Shown one piece after another: positions 1 through 8,481 of a stretch of 35,186 nucleotides of DNA (positions are counted from its first letter, which is position 1; each line of letters opens with the position of its first letter). The position numbers were made by a program, and so were the translations under genes. Source of the DNA: a virus. Lineage: Duplodnaviria > Caudoviricetes. The stretch is from IMG/VR virus record IMGVR_UViG_3300044724_001982, positions 1-35,186 of that record. One strand, 5' to 3'. Under the pieces are notes generated by a model. It had not been told where the DNA came from, ran no database searches, and was given only the letters and a program-made list of their open reading frames with translations.

Positions 1-482
1 TTAAATGTAAATTCAATACGCCAGATCTCATAACCTGTTGGTGCTGTATAAGTTTCCTCAAAAACATAAGTTGCAGGATTCCAATTAGATGGGTTATTGT
101 AATTTACCCAATCAGGATTAGATGAAGTTCCATTTGAGTCTTTTAGAAATACATTGTAAGCCCAAGCATAATCTACTGCTCCAACATCAAAACCTATTTC
201 TGTAATCCCTGTATCACCAAAAGTTATTTGCAACATTCGATTTTGTGTATTGCCTGTGTTGTAGTTAAGACAATAGTTTTCACAACCATAGTCGCCATTG
301 TAAACAGTGTCTATTGAATATGTCGCATTAGAGTAATTTGTTACACTAAAGTTTGAATTAGTAAAACCTGTAGAATCAAAATTTTCTGTTTCAGTTTGCT
401 CTGCACCTATAGCAATAGGCATAGGATAAATAAGTAATAGAACAATTAATAAACGAGCTAAGGTATTGAATTTGCGAAGCAC
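1..482 (-). CDS. Secreted or membrane-anchored protein with N-terminal signal peptide (3' truncated by window edge)
   Basis: Not in ORF track. My translation from GTG at 482 reads MLRKFNTLARLLIVLLLIYPMPIAIGAEQTETENF... and stays open to the window edge: basic N-terminus, hydrophobic core, AIGA|E-type cleavage site. Confidence 0.7.
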   Translation of the reverse strand, partial: MLRKFNTLARLLIVLLLIYPMPIAIGAEQTETENFDSTGFTNSNFSVTNYSNATYSIDTVYNGDYGCENYCLNYNTGNTQNRMLQITFGDTGITEIGFDVGAVDYAWAYNVFLKDSNGTSSNPDWVNYNNPSNWNPATYVFEETYTAPTGYEIWRIEFTF

Positions 483-512
483 TCTCTCATCACTTCCTAC
501 CTCTTCCTACCA

Positions 513-854
513 TCATTTTTTTTTGCCGCCATCGTACCAAATAGCATGACCTTTTTCTATCATTTCTTCATTTATATTGACTTCGTCAACAAATAACTCA
601 CCCAATATACGACCATACTTACCTGATCCGTGTGATTTCATTTCTACTGCTTTAAATTCTAATCTATCAATAAGCCACTGTTTTGCAGCAAGCCCTCTTG
701 CTTTCTCTTCCAGATCTCTTGTTCGTGATTCTGGAGCATCAATACCCATGAGTCGTACACGACATTTATGCCACACATTAAAACCCAAATCAATTCTGAC
801 ATCTACAGTGTCCCCATCTACTATTCTTAACACTTCTACTTTATAATAATACAT
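513..854 (-). CDS. Thermonuclease (staphylococcal nuclease-like, SNase)
   Basis: Motifs IVDGDT, RVRLMGIDAPE, GKYGRILG, INEEMIEKGHA; AGGAG RBS upstream. Confidence 0.92.
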   Translation of the reverse strand: MYYYKVEVLRIVDGDTVDVRIDLGFNVWHKCRVRLMGIDAPESRTRDLEEKARGLAAKQWLIDRLEFKAVEMKSHGSGKYGRILGELFVDEVNINEEMIEKGHAIWYDGGKKK

Positions 855-870
855 AATACTCCTCTACGAT

Positions 871-898
871 GACAAAGGGGGCTTTTGCCCCCAAAGTC
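871..898 (-). terminator. Putative intrinsic terminator or hairpin after the holin
   Basis: Minus strand GGGGGC-AAAA-GCCCCC (877-892) followed by TTTG; U-tract is short. Confidence 0.5.
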
Positions 899-908
899 TT
901 TGCGCACC

Positions 909-929
909 TGATCCTCTTTTTGAGGATCA
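909..929. repeat. Inverted repeat (hairpin)
   Basis: TGATCCTC-TTTTT-GAGGATCA, perfect 8-bp stem just after the holin stop. Confidence 0.7.
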
Positions 930-933
930 AATT

Positions 934-1158
934 CTAACCTTTCGGAAAGTTTGACATAAATTTAAAAGGCGATTCTTCAACTACATTTTGTAAAGCTGAG
1001 AAAAACGCTGCACCAGCAGCTACCAAAGCACCCTCTAGTACGGACATTTCGAGCCAGCCTGATTGCGCAGCAACTATTACTCCAACTCCTGCTTGCATGC
1101 CAGTTCTTAACGCCCTTATCAAAGACACTTTAAAAGCGTCTGTTAGTTCCCAATTCAT
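934..1158 (-). CDS. Holin (r1t-like / actinophage type)
   Basis: 74 aa, two hydrophobic segments, RALRTGMQA motif, directly downstream of the endolysin. Confidence 0.75.
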   Translation of the reverse strand: MNWELTDAFKVSLIRALRTGMQAGVGVIVAAQSGWLEMSVLEGALVAAGAAFFSALQNVVEESPFKFMSNFPKG

Positions 1159-1166
1159 ATATTCTC

Positions 1167-1970
1167 CTACTGTTTAGCGAAAGTTATTTTCCAAGTTTCA
1201 GGTCCTAAGACACCATCTTGGGTTAGTCCAAATTCTTTTTGGAGTTCCATAACTTTCAATCTAGATCCATTTCCAAACCATCCATCAGCAGTTAATCCTG
1301 CGGCTTTTTGCCACTCTTTTAACTCATCTGATTTCATCATTGGAACTTGAACTTTAAAATGTATATTTGGCCACTTAGGAAAATCTTTAGAAAAATCATA
1401 GATCTCTGTTTCTTTTTTTCCGATGTCGGCAACATCTTTTGCTGGACTTTCAGAATAAACTGGTTCTCTCCCAGACACAGCAATATATTCGTTGTCACCA
1501 CAGTCGTCAAAATCTACATATTTTACAAAAACTTCTTCACCAGATAAAATAGCATCTCGCACTTTCGGATATACAAATTTATACGCAGAAACGCTTGATC
1601 CAACCCAGCCATCTGGTTTTACTAGGTTACTTTCTTGATTTTGGCCAAAAATGAGACAGCCGCTAGTCGACTCGTCAGAATTTCCAGTATGCCATAATAT
1701 CCACTCGAAATTAGGGACATTATTGACATAGATCATGCCACGATGCCAGTCGCCATACTTATTTTTGTACCTTGAATGAAACCCTCCTTCTGTGCGAAGT
1801 GTTAATTTATACATGCCAGCAGGGATTCTAGTTTCGTGTTTTACTTTTTTTGATCTATATTCATCTTCAATGGTATAGCAAAGAAATTTTCTTTTGTTAT
1901 CAGTAATATCAAACAAGATACCACTTGTTGAATCTTCTTGTGAACTTATTCTTAGGACTTCTAAAATCAT
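1167..1970 (-). CDS. Endolysin: DUF5675-like catalytic domain plus C-terminal peptidoglycan-binding domain
   Basis: CYTIED...ETRIPAGMY...ILWHTGNSDESTSGCLIFG; C-terminus WQKAAGLTADGWFG...LQKEFGLTQDGVLGPETW (PG_binding_1-like); adjacent to holin. Confidence 0.8.
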   Translation of the reverse strand: MILEVLRISSQEDSTSGILFDITDNKRKFLCYTIEDEYRSKKVKHETRIPAGMYKLTLRTEGGFHSRYKNKYGDWHRGMIYVNNVPNFEWILWHTGNSDESTSGCLIFGQNQESNLVKPDGWVGSSVSAYKFVYPKVRDAILSGEEVFVKYVDFDDCGDNEYIAVSGREPVYSESPAKDVADIGKKETEIYDFSKDFPKWPNIHFKVQVPMMKSDELKEWQKAAGLTADGWFGNGSRLKVMELQKEFGLTQDGVLGPETWKITFAKQ

Positions 1971-2011
1971 ATCAAGACCATTTTAGATGAGCTAAAACTT
2001 GTTTCAGGTAT

Positions 2012-3250
2012 TTAACAATTGTACGGAAAGAATTTTAAATCATCCCAAAAATACATCTTATTTTCTGATGATACAGTAAAACCTACCTGTGCTGGTGGAG
2101 ACCAGTCACCAGATATATCTTTAAACCACTCGGATCCACCATCAACCGATGGAGCTTGCATAAACCATCTACCACGATTAGATATACAAAAATAATGATG
2201 AAAATGACCAGATAAGATTAGATCTGCGTCCCCAATAGGCTCTCTGCCCATACATTGACCTGCAAACCATCTAATACCTTTATCAAAAGCATATTTACCT
2301 GATTTTAAAGAAACTCCAGATCTAAATTGGTGACCATGAACCATCCCAACAATTTTACCTGATACTTCTACAGTTGCAGATAATTCGCTCTCAGGGATCT
2401 GAAACTTAACATGTCCAAATGCTTTTTTATTTTGAGCTAAGATCTCCTGAACCTGCTCTACTATTGCGACATCGTGATTATCAGCAAAATCCGTATAAGA
2501 TTTTCCGTTGTTTCGGTTCTCACCATGATTTCCAGCAATTGCCGAGATTACGACATTGTCAAATAATGGAGCCCATTCAGTTACAGCTTTAACCATAATT
2601 CTACGAGCTACCTTAACTTGATCACGAAGATTGAGCTGAACACCATAGGTTTGTGTGTCATAGTGGCCATTACAATTTTCTATAATATCACCTAAAGCAA
2701 TAATGTGTAAGTTTTTTAGTTTCCTACCATTTTTTCTTAATTTTAAAATATAATCTTTAAAATCTGGGATCATCTGATTGAGGCGATCTACAATTGCAGC
2801 AGTTCCGTCCCCATCAGGTTTTCCCAGTTGCCAGTCAGACCACGCAATAACTACACTATCATTTTTATCAACTTTAGGAAGTTTAGGCTTTTTAGCTTTT
2901 TTGACTTCAGCTAATAATTTGTCATAATCTGGATCATTAGGGTTTCTTGGTTTCTTGGATACTATTTTTGCTTTGTAGTAAAAAAGTCGTGTCCCACCAT
3001 CGACCATAGAGTCCCAACTTCTAACCTCTACTGGCTCTATTACATCATATAATTTAGGATCTAGCTCTAGTTCCTTTAATACATGAGAAAAGTCAGTGAT
3101 GTTTCCATCTTTTTGTGGTTTAGAAGTTATTTCACCTTCATTACCTTTTAACTTATAACCAGGATCATAACCTTTTAAATTTTCGTTATTTTTTCTTTTT
3201 GCATTGTTAAAATCACTATTATTCTTGTTGTAATCTTCAAGACTTGACAT
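2012..3250 (-). CDS. Calcineurin-like metallophosphoesterase (possible nuclease)
   Basis: Motifs SDWQLGK, LGDIIEN, GNHGE, VHGH, SGHFHH in the expected order. Confidence 0.85.
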   Translation of the reverse strand: MSSLEDYNKNNSDFNNAKRKNNENLKGYDPGYKLKGNEGEITSKPQKDGNITDFSHVLKELELDPKLYDVIEPVEVRSWDSMVDGGTRLFYYKAKIVSKKPRNPNDPDYDKLLAEVKKAKKPKLPKVDKNDSVVIAWSDWQLGKPDGDGTAAIVDRLNQMIPDFKDYILKLRKNGRKLKNLHIIALGDIIENCNGHYDTQTYGVQLNLRDQVKVARRIMVKAVTEWAPLFDNVVISAIAGNHGENRNNGKSYTDFADNHDVAIVEQVQEILAQNKKAFGHVKFQIPESELSATVEVSGKIVGMVHGHQFRSGVSLKSGKYAFDKGIRWFAGQCMGREPIGDADLILSGHFHHYFCISNRGRWFMQAPSVDGGSEWFKDISGDWSPPAQVGFTVSSENKMYFWDDLKFFPYNC

Positions 3251-3473
3251 AGCGTTCCATTGTATTCCTAAGTTGTGTTCTTATAGTATCTACCATAAGA
3301 GGACAATTCTGATCTTCTACAAGCCAGATAGCAGCTTTTCTTGCTGATATTCCACTCTTGATACCCTCACAGGCTTCAATCCATGCAGCCCTGTTAGCTT
3401 CAGATTGTTCACGCCACGGAATAGGTCCAGATTTTTCTTTTGATTTATCTGCAAATTCCTCTAGCGAAGTCAT
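3237..3473 (-). CDS. Small hypothetical protein, possibly HTH-like, coupled to the phosphoesterase
   Basis: Overlaps the start of the downstream gene; TAATG coupling with the upstream gene; helical pattern GISARKAAIWL...VDTIRTQL. Confidence 0.6.
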   Translation of the reverse strand: MTSLEEFADKSKEKSGPIPWREQSEANRAAWIEACEGIKSGISARKAAIWLVEDQNCPLMVDTIRTQLRNTMERYVKS

Positions 3474-3700
3474 TATTCTTCTTCGTTATTTGTAGCGTCT
3501 GGTACATTTTCACCAGAAACTTGTGCTAAAACTTGTTGTAAATTAGTACTACGAACTTTAAGTTCAGAGTTTCTTAATTCAAGATTAGCTATTTTTTCGG
3601 CTGTATCTGCCAACATTTGCCTGAATGTTTTATTTTCAGCTTGCAAAGTATTAACTAATTCAGCAATTTGTTCTGGAGTTAGTTGTTCTCCTGCCATCAC
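3473..3700 (-). CDS. Coiled-coil hypothetical protein
   Basis: Heptad pattern (LQAENKTFRQMLADTAEKIANLELRNSELKVR); GAAAGGA RBS upstream. Confidence 0.7.
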   Translation of the reverse strand: MMAGEQLTPEQIAELVNTLQAENKTFRQMLADTAEKIANLELRNSELKVRSTNLQQVLAQVSGENVPDATNNEEE

Positions 3701-3736
3701 AATCCTTTCACTAATAGTATCAGTAATTACAACATC

Positions 3737-3765
3737 ATTATATACATAAAATGTCTGAGATTGAA
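3737..3765 (-). promoter_or_regulatory. Possible sigma70-type promoter for the downstream phosphoesterase/lysis genes
   Basis: Perfect TATAAT (3742-3737) with TTCAAT 17 bp upstream, in one of the few true intergenic gaps. Confidence 0.4.
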
Positions 3766-3768
3766 GTT

Positions 3769-3915
3769 TTAGGAGTCTTTATTTTCCTCTTGATGTTCAT
3801 TGATCTGGTAATGATTTGGCACTATTTGATCATCACCCATTATAGATTTAGGTGACCTACTGGTAACTTGGCTTTTTTTAAGCAGTTCCCACTCTAGATT
3901 ATAGTTATTTACCAT
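3769..3915 (-). CDS. Small hypothetical protein (48 aa)
   Basis: Not in ORF track. MVNNYNLEWELLKKSQVTSRSPKSIMGDDQIVPNHYQINEHQEENKDS; ATG 4 nt after the ferredoxin stop, fills the gap. Confidence 0.6.
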   Translation of the reverse strand: MVNNYNLEWELLKKSQVTSRSPKSIMGDDQIVPNHYQINEHQEENKDS

Positions 3916-3919
3916 ATTG

Positions 3920-4183
3920 TTATTCTACTATAAAAATGCACTCGCCTGGGCATTCTTCAGCTGCTTCACGGACAAGATCTTCCTGACCTACAGGAACTCT
4001 TGCTAAACCCTCTTCACCCTGTGGGTTACTATGTATTAAGCTAAATATTTGTAGTTCTCCAAAATTACCGACAATTTCTTGTACATACGCTAAACCATCG
4101 TTTTGCATAACAAACACATCTGGAGCTATTTCTGCACAAAGTCCATCACCAGTACAGAGATCTTGATCAATCCATACTTTCAT
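3920..4183 (-). CDS. Single-cluster ferredoxin (3Fe-4S/4Fe-4S, actinobacterial type)
   Basis: MKVWIDQDLCTGDGLCAEIAPDVF...EAAEECPGECI; CxxDxxC...CP cluster motif. Confidence 0.93.
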   Translation of the reverse strand: MKVWIDQDLCTGDGLCAEIAPDVFVMQNDGLAYVQEIVGNFGELQIFSLIHSNPQGEEGLARVPVGQEDLVREAAEECPGECIFIVE

Positions 4184-4197
4184 AGTTATATGATAAC

Positions 4198-4938
4198 TTA
4201 TTTTTTATTTCTTCTAGTTATATCCCTATAGCCACCAGTAAATTTAGATCTAAGCCTAAAGCTCTCGTTATTAATAGTCTTATGATCATCTTCACTAAAA
4301 GTTGTAACATCTAACCCTATTTTTTCTCTTTTAAAAGGAATTGCATGTAAGAAAGGCATTCCTCTTTTTAAAAGAATATCACCCTCTGAGTGCCATATAC
4401 TTGGAAAGTTAACTTGATGAAAGCTGTCAGTTTCAACAATACCTGGTAACACAGTAAAGTTATCATTTTTGTGGAGTAGTGGTGGAATAAATAGTGTACT
4501 CCAACCAGGTGGTGTAAAAAAGAACCAAGGACTTGTAAATTTAACAGCTCGTTTATAATCTTTTTCATCAAAAGGATAAGTAGGAAGTTGTTCAAAGTCA
4601 TGAAACTCTATATGACTACTGTTTGTATTTATAGAATTAGATTCAAAATGAAAACTATCACCATGTCTTTGTACTAATAAGTCATACCACATTGGGATAA
4701 TGTATCCTTGTGTAAAGTAATCAACTACAGCAGGGCATTTTTTAACTGTATGAGAATTGTAATCCTTAAGCATATCACCCATCTTAGGAAAGGGTTGTGC
4801 ATGTAGCACTGCTAGATCTAAGTTTAACTTTTGAAACCATTCAGGTATCATCTGACTAGCTGGTACTGGTGGTGCTATCTCTACTAACGGCTCGTCTATT
4901 GTAGCAAATCGCATTGTTTTAGTTTTCACCCATTTCAT
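4198..4938 (-). CDS. DUF6065-like protein (paralogue 1)
   Basis: PPVPA..IPEWF, TVKKCPAV, GYIIPMW, PW...TPPGWS, LPGIVETDSFHQVNFP, G.PF...IPFKRE, shared with 6243-7061 and 21812-22570. Family name recalled from motifs, not searched. Confidence 0.65.
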   Translation of the reverse strand: MKWVKTKTMRFATIDEPLVEIAPPVPASQMIPEWFQKLNLDLAVLHAQPFPKMGDMLKDYNSHTVKKCPAVVDYFTQGYIIPMWYDLLVQRHGDSFHFESNSINTNSSHIEFHDFEQLPTYPFDEKDYKRAVKFTSPWFFFTPPGWSTLFIPPLLHKNDNFTVLPGIVETDSFHQVNFPSIWHSEGDILLKRGMPFLHAIPFKREKIGLDVTTFSEDDHKTINNESFRLRSKFTGGYRDITRRNKK

Positions 4939-5441
4939 AACTTTTTCTCAAAAAACCAATGATCTGGTTCTGCAAAATGCAGAAATAACATGCCTACTCT
5001 ATTCCAACTTGGAACTGGAAAATCTTCTCGCCAGTGATCTTGTTCCTCACCATAAAAAGCTAGTGCCTCATTTTCTTCTAAATTATATTCTTGATCTTCT
5101 ACTATTAACGGCCATTGTACATTTTGATACAAACACACATCAAGAGTATAAGTACATGCGTTTGTGTCTTTGTGTTTGTGTAATTTAGCATCTTCACCCT
5201 CATAGTGAACAATAAGACCATAAGTAAATTTTAAAGTATCAGATCCAAATATTTCTTTAGCTTTATCTAATACTTCATCTGCATAATTTTTTATACTTGA
5301 ATTTTGTTCACTTGATTCTTCAAACCTACCAAATCCTTCAAAGTATTCAAAGTTCTTATAATTATTGTTTAGATAAGATTTTAAATGATTGAAAGATTGA
5401 TGGTTTAATAGATCCTTAACAAGTTTTACTTCTTTAGCCAT
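4935..5441 (-). CDS. 2OG-Fe(II) oxygenase
   Basis: LHKHKD (HxD), later HWRE and LFLHF; typical small phage oxygenase. Confidence 0.8.
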   Translation of the reverse strand: MAKEVKLVKDLLNHQSFNHLKSYLNNNYKNFEYFEGFGRFEESSEQNSSIKNYADEVLDKAKEIFGSDTLKFTYGLIVHYEGEDAKLHKHKDTNACTYTLDVCLYQNVQWPLIVEDQEYNLEENEALAFYGEEQDHWREDFPVPSWNRVGMLFLHFAEPDHWFFEKKL

Positions 5442-6250
5442 TTTTTCCTCGGCAGTAGTTTTTTAGGTCTTCTAGCTAAAGCGTCAGGATATAAAGTATT
5501 AGTTTCTCTTCTATTTACTGCTGATCCAACGATCATATTCCATCTTTCACTAAATGTTTCATTCCAGTCAACCCATTCAACTTTTACAGGCTTAGAGAAA
5601 AGTATATTAAACATTACTGTGTCATGATTCAACTCTAGTGTATCTTGTTTTGGATCAGTCCACTCAAATGCCCAAGATAAACCCCTAGACCAAGAATATA
5701 TAGGCATAAACCCACCAATCAGAGATATAGGTAAATTCTTTCCTGAGTTTCTATCACTAGGTACAATATCTAGCCACACTTCTGGATCATCTGTAAAAAA
5801 CATAAAAGGCATAGTTATTTGCATAACAGGTTGCTCTGGGTTAGCCCATGCTTCCTTTTCTTCCATAATAATGTCTCTAAAAGGTCCATGATGTTTTACT
5901 GCACCATGATAATTAGCTTGCATAGAATAACCACCAAAGCGATCTACTTCATCAGCAAATTGATTTTGTGTTAAAGATACTTTTACATGACTGTAGGGAA
6001 AATACATTTCATACAATCTATTTCTTAAAAACTGTGTTGAGACACAGCCATTTGGTGCTTTTACAAACTTTCTAGGCGCACCATAATTGATAATAGGTAT
6101 ACTGCTTTCCTCTTCGTGTTCCTTACCTACTGTATTTGCTAATGGTTTTGGTATAGTGAAAGCTACTCTTGGTAAGTTTCTGTTAGTCTCTCTTATTGGC
6201 TGACTCCATAAAGATCCGATGTCAGGTATTTTTATTGGACACTTACTCAT
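5426..6250 (-). CDS. Divergent DUF6065-like protein
   Basis: GCVS...LYEMYFPY, MPFMFFTD, LIGGFMPIYSWSR.LSWAFEW, MFNILF follow the same layout (Cys motif, beta core, basic C-terminal helix) as neighbours, but similarity is weak. Confidence 0.45.
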   Translation of the reverse strand: MSKCPIKIPDIGSLWSQPIRETNRNLPRVAFTIPKPLANTVGKEHEEESSIPIINYGAPRKFVKAPNGCVSTQFLRNRLYEMYFPYSHVKVSLTQNQFADEVDRFGGYSMQANYHGAVKHHGPFRDIIMEEKEAWANPEQPVMQITMPFMFFTDDPEVWLDIVPSDRNSGKNLPISLIGGFMPIYSWSRGLSWAFEWTDPKQDTLELNHDTVMFNILFSKPVKVEWVDWNETFSERWNMIVGSAVNRRETNTLYPDALARRPKKLLPRKKWLKK

Positions 6251-7061
6251 CTAATATTCCTTCCTTAGTCCATTGTTTTTTATTCTTTTGTGTGAGCCAA
6301 CGATACCACCCATTTTGCCTAGTTCTTTCGGCAGCCCTACTTTTATCATAATACTCTTTGTCTTGATCATCCATTTCTGCGACTTCTAATTTGTTTAAAG
6401 TTTCTCTTTTGAATGGGATTATTTGTATTAGTGGCATACCTTGTCTAAATGTTCTTTCACCCTGACCATGATATAAAAATGGAATATTCATTTGATGATA
6501 AGAGTCTGTTTCAACAATACTAGGAAATATTTCTATGTCTATATTTCTGTGATACCACGGATCCATAACCATTATTGACCAACCAGGTGGAGTAATTATA
6601 TCCCAGGGGTTCTCAAACTTTAAAGCTGTATGAAAGCTGTGATCGTGTAACGGCATTTTACCTATAGATCTTGCATCGTGAAATGATATTGTATTTTCAA
6701 ATGCGTGCTTGTTATACCAATTCAAACCAGAATCTCTATCATGTGATATTTTAAGATCTAACCAAAGTGGTATGATGTAGCCCTCGTGCATAATATCTTT
6801 TACTGTAGGACATTTTTTTAAACTATTATCTTTGTAAGGTACAGTATTCCAACTTTCGTCATGACCTTCACCATGATTTCCGTCTCTCATCTCAGACCAC
6901 TCACGCTTTAGGTTCTTATACCAAGCAGGTATAAATTCTTTAGCTGGTCTAGGTGGTGCAAGATCTATATATTCTGATTTTTGTGTTAGAAATTTTATAG
7001 TATCAAATTCTACTTTGTGTTGTTTAGTTTCTAAAAATCTGTTGTACTTTTTCCCCATCAC
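6243..7061 (-). CDS. DUF6065-like protein (paralogue 2)
   Basis: PPRPAKEFIPAWY, SLKKCPTV, GYIIPLW, NPWDIITPPGWS, PSIVETDSYHQMNIP, GMPLIQIIPFKRE. Confidence 0.65.
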   Translation of the reverse strand: MMGKKYNRFLETKQHKVEFDTIKFLTQKSEYIDLAPPRPAKEFIPAWYKNLKREWSEMRDGNHGEGHDESWNTVPYKDNSLKKCPTVKDIMHEGYIIPLWLDLKISHDRDSGLNWYNKHAFENTISFHDARSIGKMPLHDHSFHTALKFENPWDIITPPGWSIMVMDPWYHRNIDIEIFPSIVETDSYHQMNIPFLYHGQGERTFRQGMPLIQIIPFKRETLNKLEVAEMDDQDKEYYDKSRAAERTRQNGWYRWLTQKNKKQWTKEGILDE

Positions 7062-7068
7062 TTACCTT

Positions 7069-7776
7069 TCATTCCAACAATAATGTTGCTGTCATCACAG
7101 CTCTTAAGTTTTCTTCATTTTCGTCAACATCAACAGTATTAAATGATATTGTGTCACCAGTTTCCCAGTGAATTATCTTAATAGATGTAAAATTGTCTCT
7201 TAAATACTGTATTGCAGTGTTAATGCTACTAATTTGATCAGGTTTCCATTCAATGACAACTTTTATACCAGAATTATCACCTATTAGTGTTTCAGCGCCT
7301 TTTAGGACATCTACTTCTTTACCATTAGCACTTACGACTAGAAGATCACAATTTGCTAAAAGTAAGCTATCAATAGTTATAATATCTGTTTCTTGTGTGC
7401 TGTCACCGAAGATCATATCTAAAATGCCACCAGATTTATTATCATCGAAAAAATACATAGTGCCTGTACCATTTGTGTCAGAGCAGGCTTTTTCTATATT
7501 TGTTTCGTCAGAAAAGTTTTGATCTAGTATTGCAAAACGATCTGCATTAGGTTCAATGTTTGTAGTGCTTACGCCAGCAGACTCTAATATCCCTGTAGCT
7601 ACACCACAACCAGCACCTACAATACAAGCATCTGTAAAATCGCTTGCATTATCTACTAAGTAAAACTCTAATGACGGATTAATGTGATCTAGATCGCCCA
7701 CTTTACCATATTCAGATTTATCATTTTCATCTATATTTATAGTGATACCATTTCTAAATGTTTGTGATTGTGTCAT
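7069..7776 (-). CDS. FkbM-like SAM-dependent methyltransferase (degenerate motifs)
   Basis: IVGAGCG, IEPN, ACSDTNGTGTMY, ITIDS, ANGKEVDVLKGA, VVIEW follow the FkbM layout. Confidence 0.7.
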   Translation of the reverse strand: MTQSQTFRNGITINIDENDKSEYGKVGDLDHINPSLEFYLVDNASDFTDACIVGAGCGVATGILESAGVSTTNIEPNADRFAILDQNFSDETNIEKACSDTNGTGTMYFFDDNKSGGILDMIFGDSTQETDIITIDSLLLANCDLLVVSANGKEVDVLKGAETLIGDNSGIKVVIEWKPDQISSINTAIQYLRDNFTSIKIIHWETGDTISFNTVDVDENEENLRAVMTATLLLE

Positions 7777-7788
7777 AGCTACATCTTA

Positions 7789-8481
7789 CTACATTAAATC
7801 TATTTTTACATTTTGTGGTAAATACATAGGCGGCAACCCATCAAAATCAATAGTGTGTCCTAACCATGTAACAATTGCATACTTACTGCCTTTTATGACA
7901 GGCATTGCTTTGTGTGAGTAAGCCCAATTACTTGGAAACAGTACTAAAGCTGGTTTATCTGGTTTTACCATTTCATCAAAGTGTGTAAAGTATGTACCAC
8001 CACCCTCGTAATCACTAGGATTTAAAAGTATTAAAGCTGATAGATGACGAGGATTATGTGGTGCATAGTCACAGTGAGCTTTATACTCTTGACCACCTTG
8101 ATACCTCAACAATGTATACCCCTCATCAAAATGTATACTTATTTCATACTTTTCACAGTAATTGTTTACATACTCTAATAATTTATTAGAAAGCAGTTCA
8201 TTAATATTTTTAAGATTTTTTATGTAGTCTTCTTTATTATTTTTAACAGCTTCCCTTATGATCCTTGCTTCGCCTGGTTCATTTGCATATTTGCTTATGG
8301 GAAACAATTGATTAGTTCTTATGTTTCCACCTTTATGACCTTTACCAATACCAGCATTTTCAAAACCAAGTTTAAAGTCTTTATCTTGATCTATTTCCTC
8401 AATAGCATCTATAATCTTTTGTGCTTGATCTTGCGACAAAAAGTCTTCATAAACTTCCACACAACCCATCGATAGTTTCAT
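7789..8481 (-). CDS. Prolyl-4-hydroxylase-like 2OG-Fe(II) oxygenase
   Basis: LLRYQGGQEYKAHCD, RHLSALILLN, YEGGGTYF, LFPSNWAYSH, GSKYAIVTW. Confidence 0.92.
   Translation of the reverse strand: MKLSMGCVEVYEDFLSQDQAQKIIDAIEEIDQDKDFKLGFENAGIGKGHKGGNIRTNQLFPISKYANEPGEARIIREAVKNNKEDYIKNLKNINELLSNKLLEYVNNYCEKYEISIHFDEGYTLLRYQGGQEYKAHCDYAPHNPRHLSALILLNPSDYEGGGTYFTHFDEMVKPDKPALVLFPSNWAYSHKAMPVIKGSKYAIVTWLGHTIDFDGLPPMYLPQNVKIDLM

Noticed and set aside
490-513. 7-codon ORF MVGRGRK after the nuclease, with a GGTAGGAAG direct repeat
   Set aside because: Too short to support; more simply a purine-rich ribosome-binding region for the GTG at 482.
880-950. c-di-GMP-I riboswitch-like look (hairpin followed by GCGCAAAG)
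   Set aside because: Lacks the GGCAAA lead-in and GNRA-capped stem; too weak without a covariance search.
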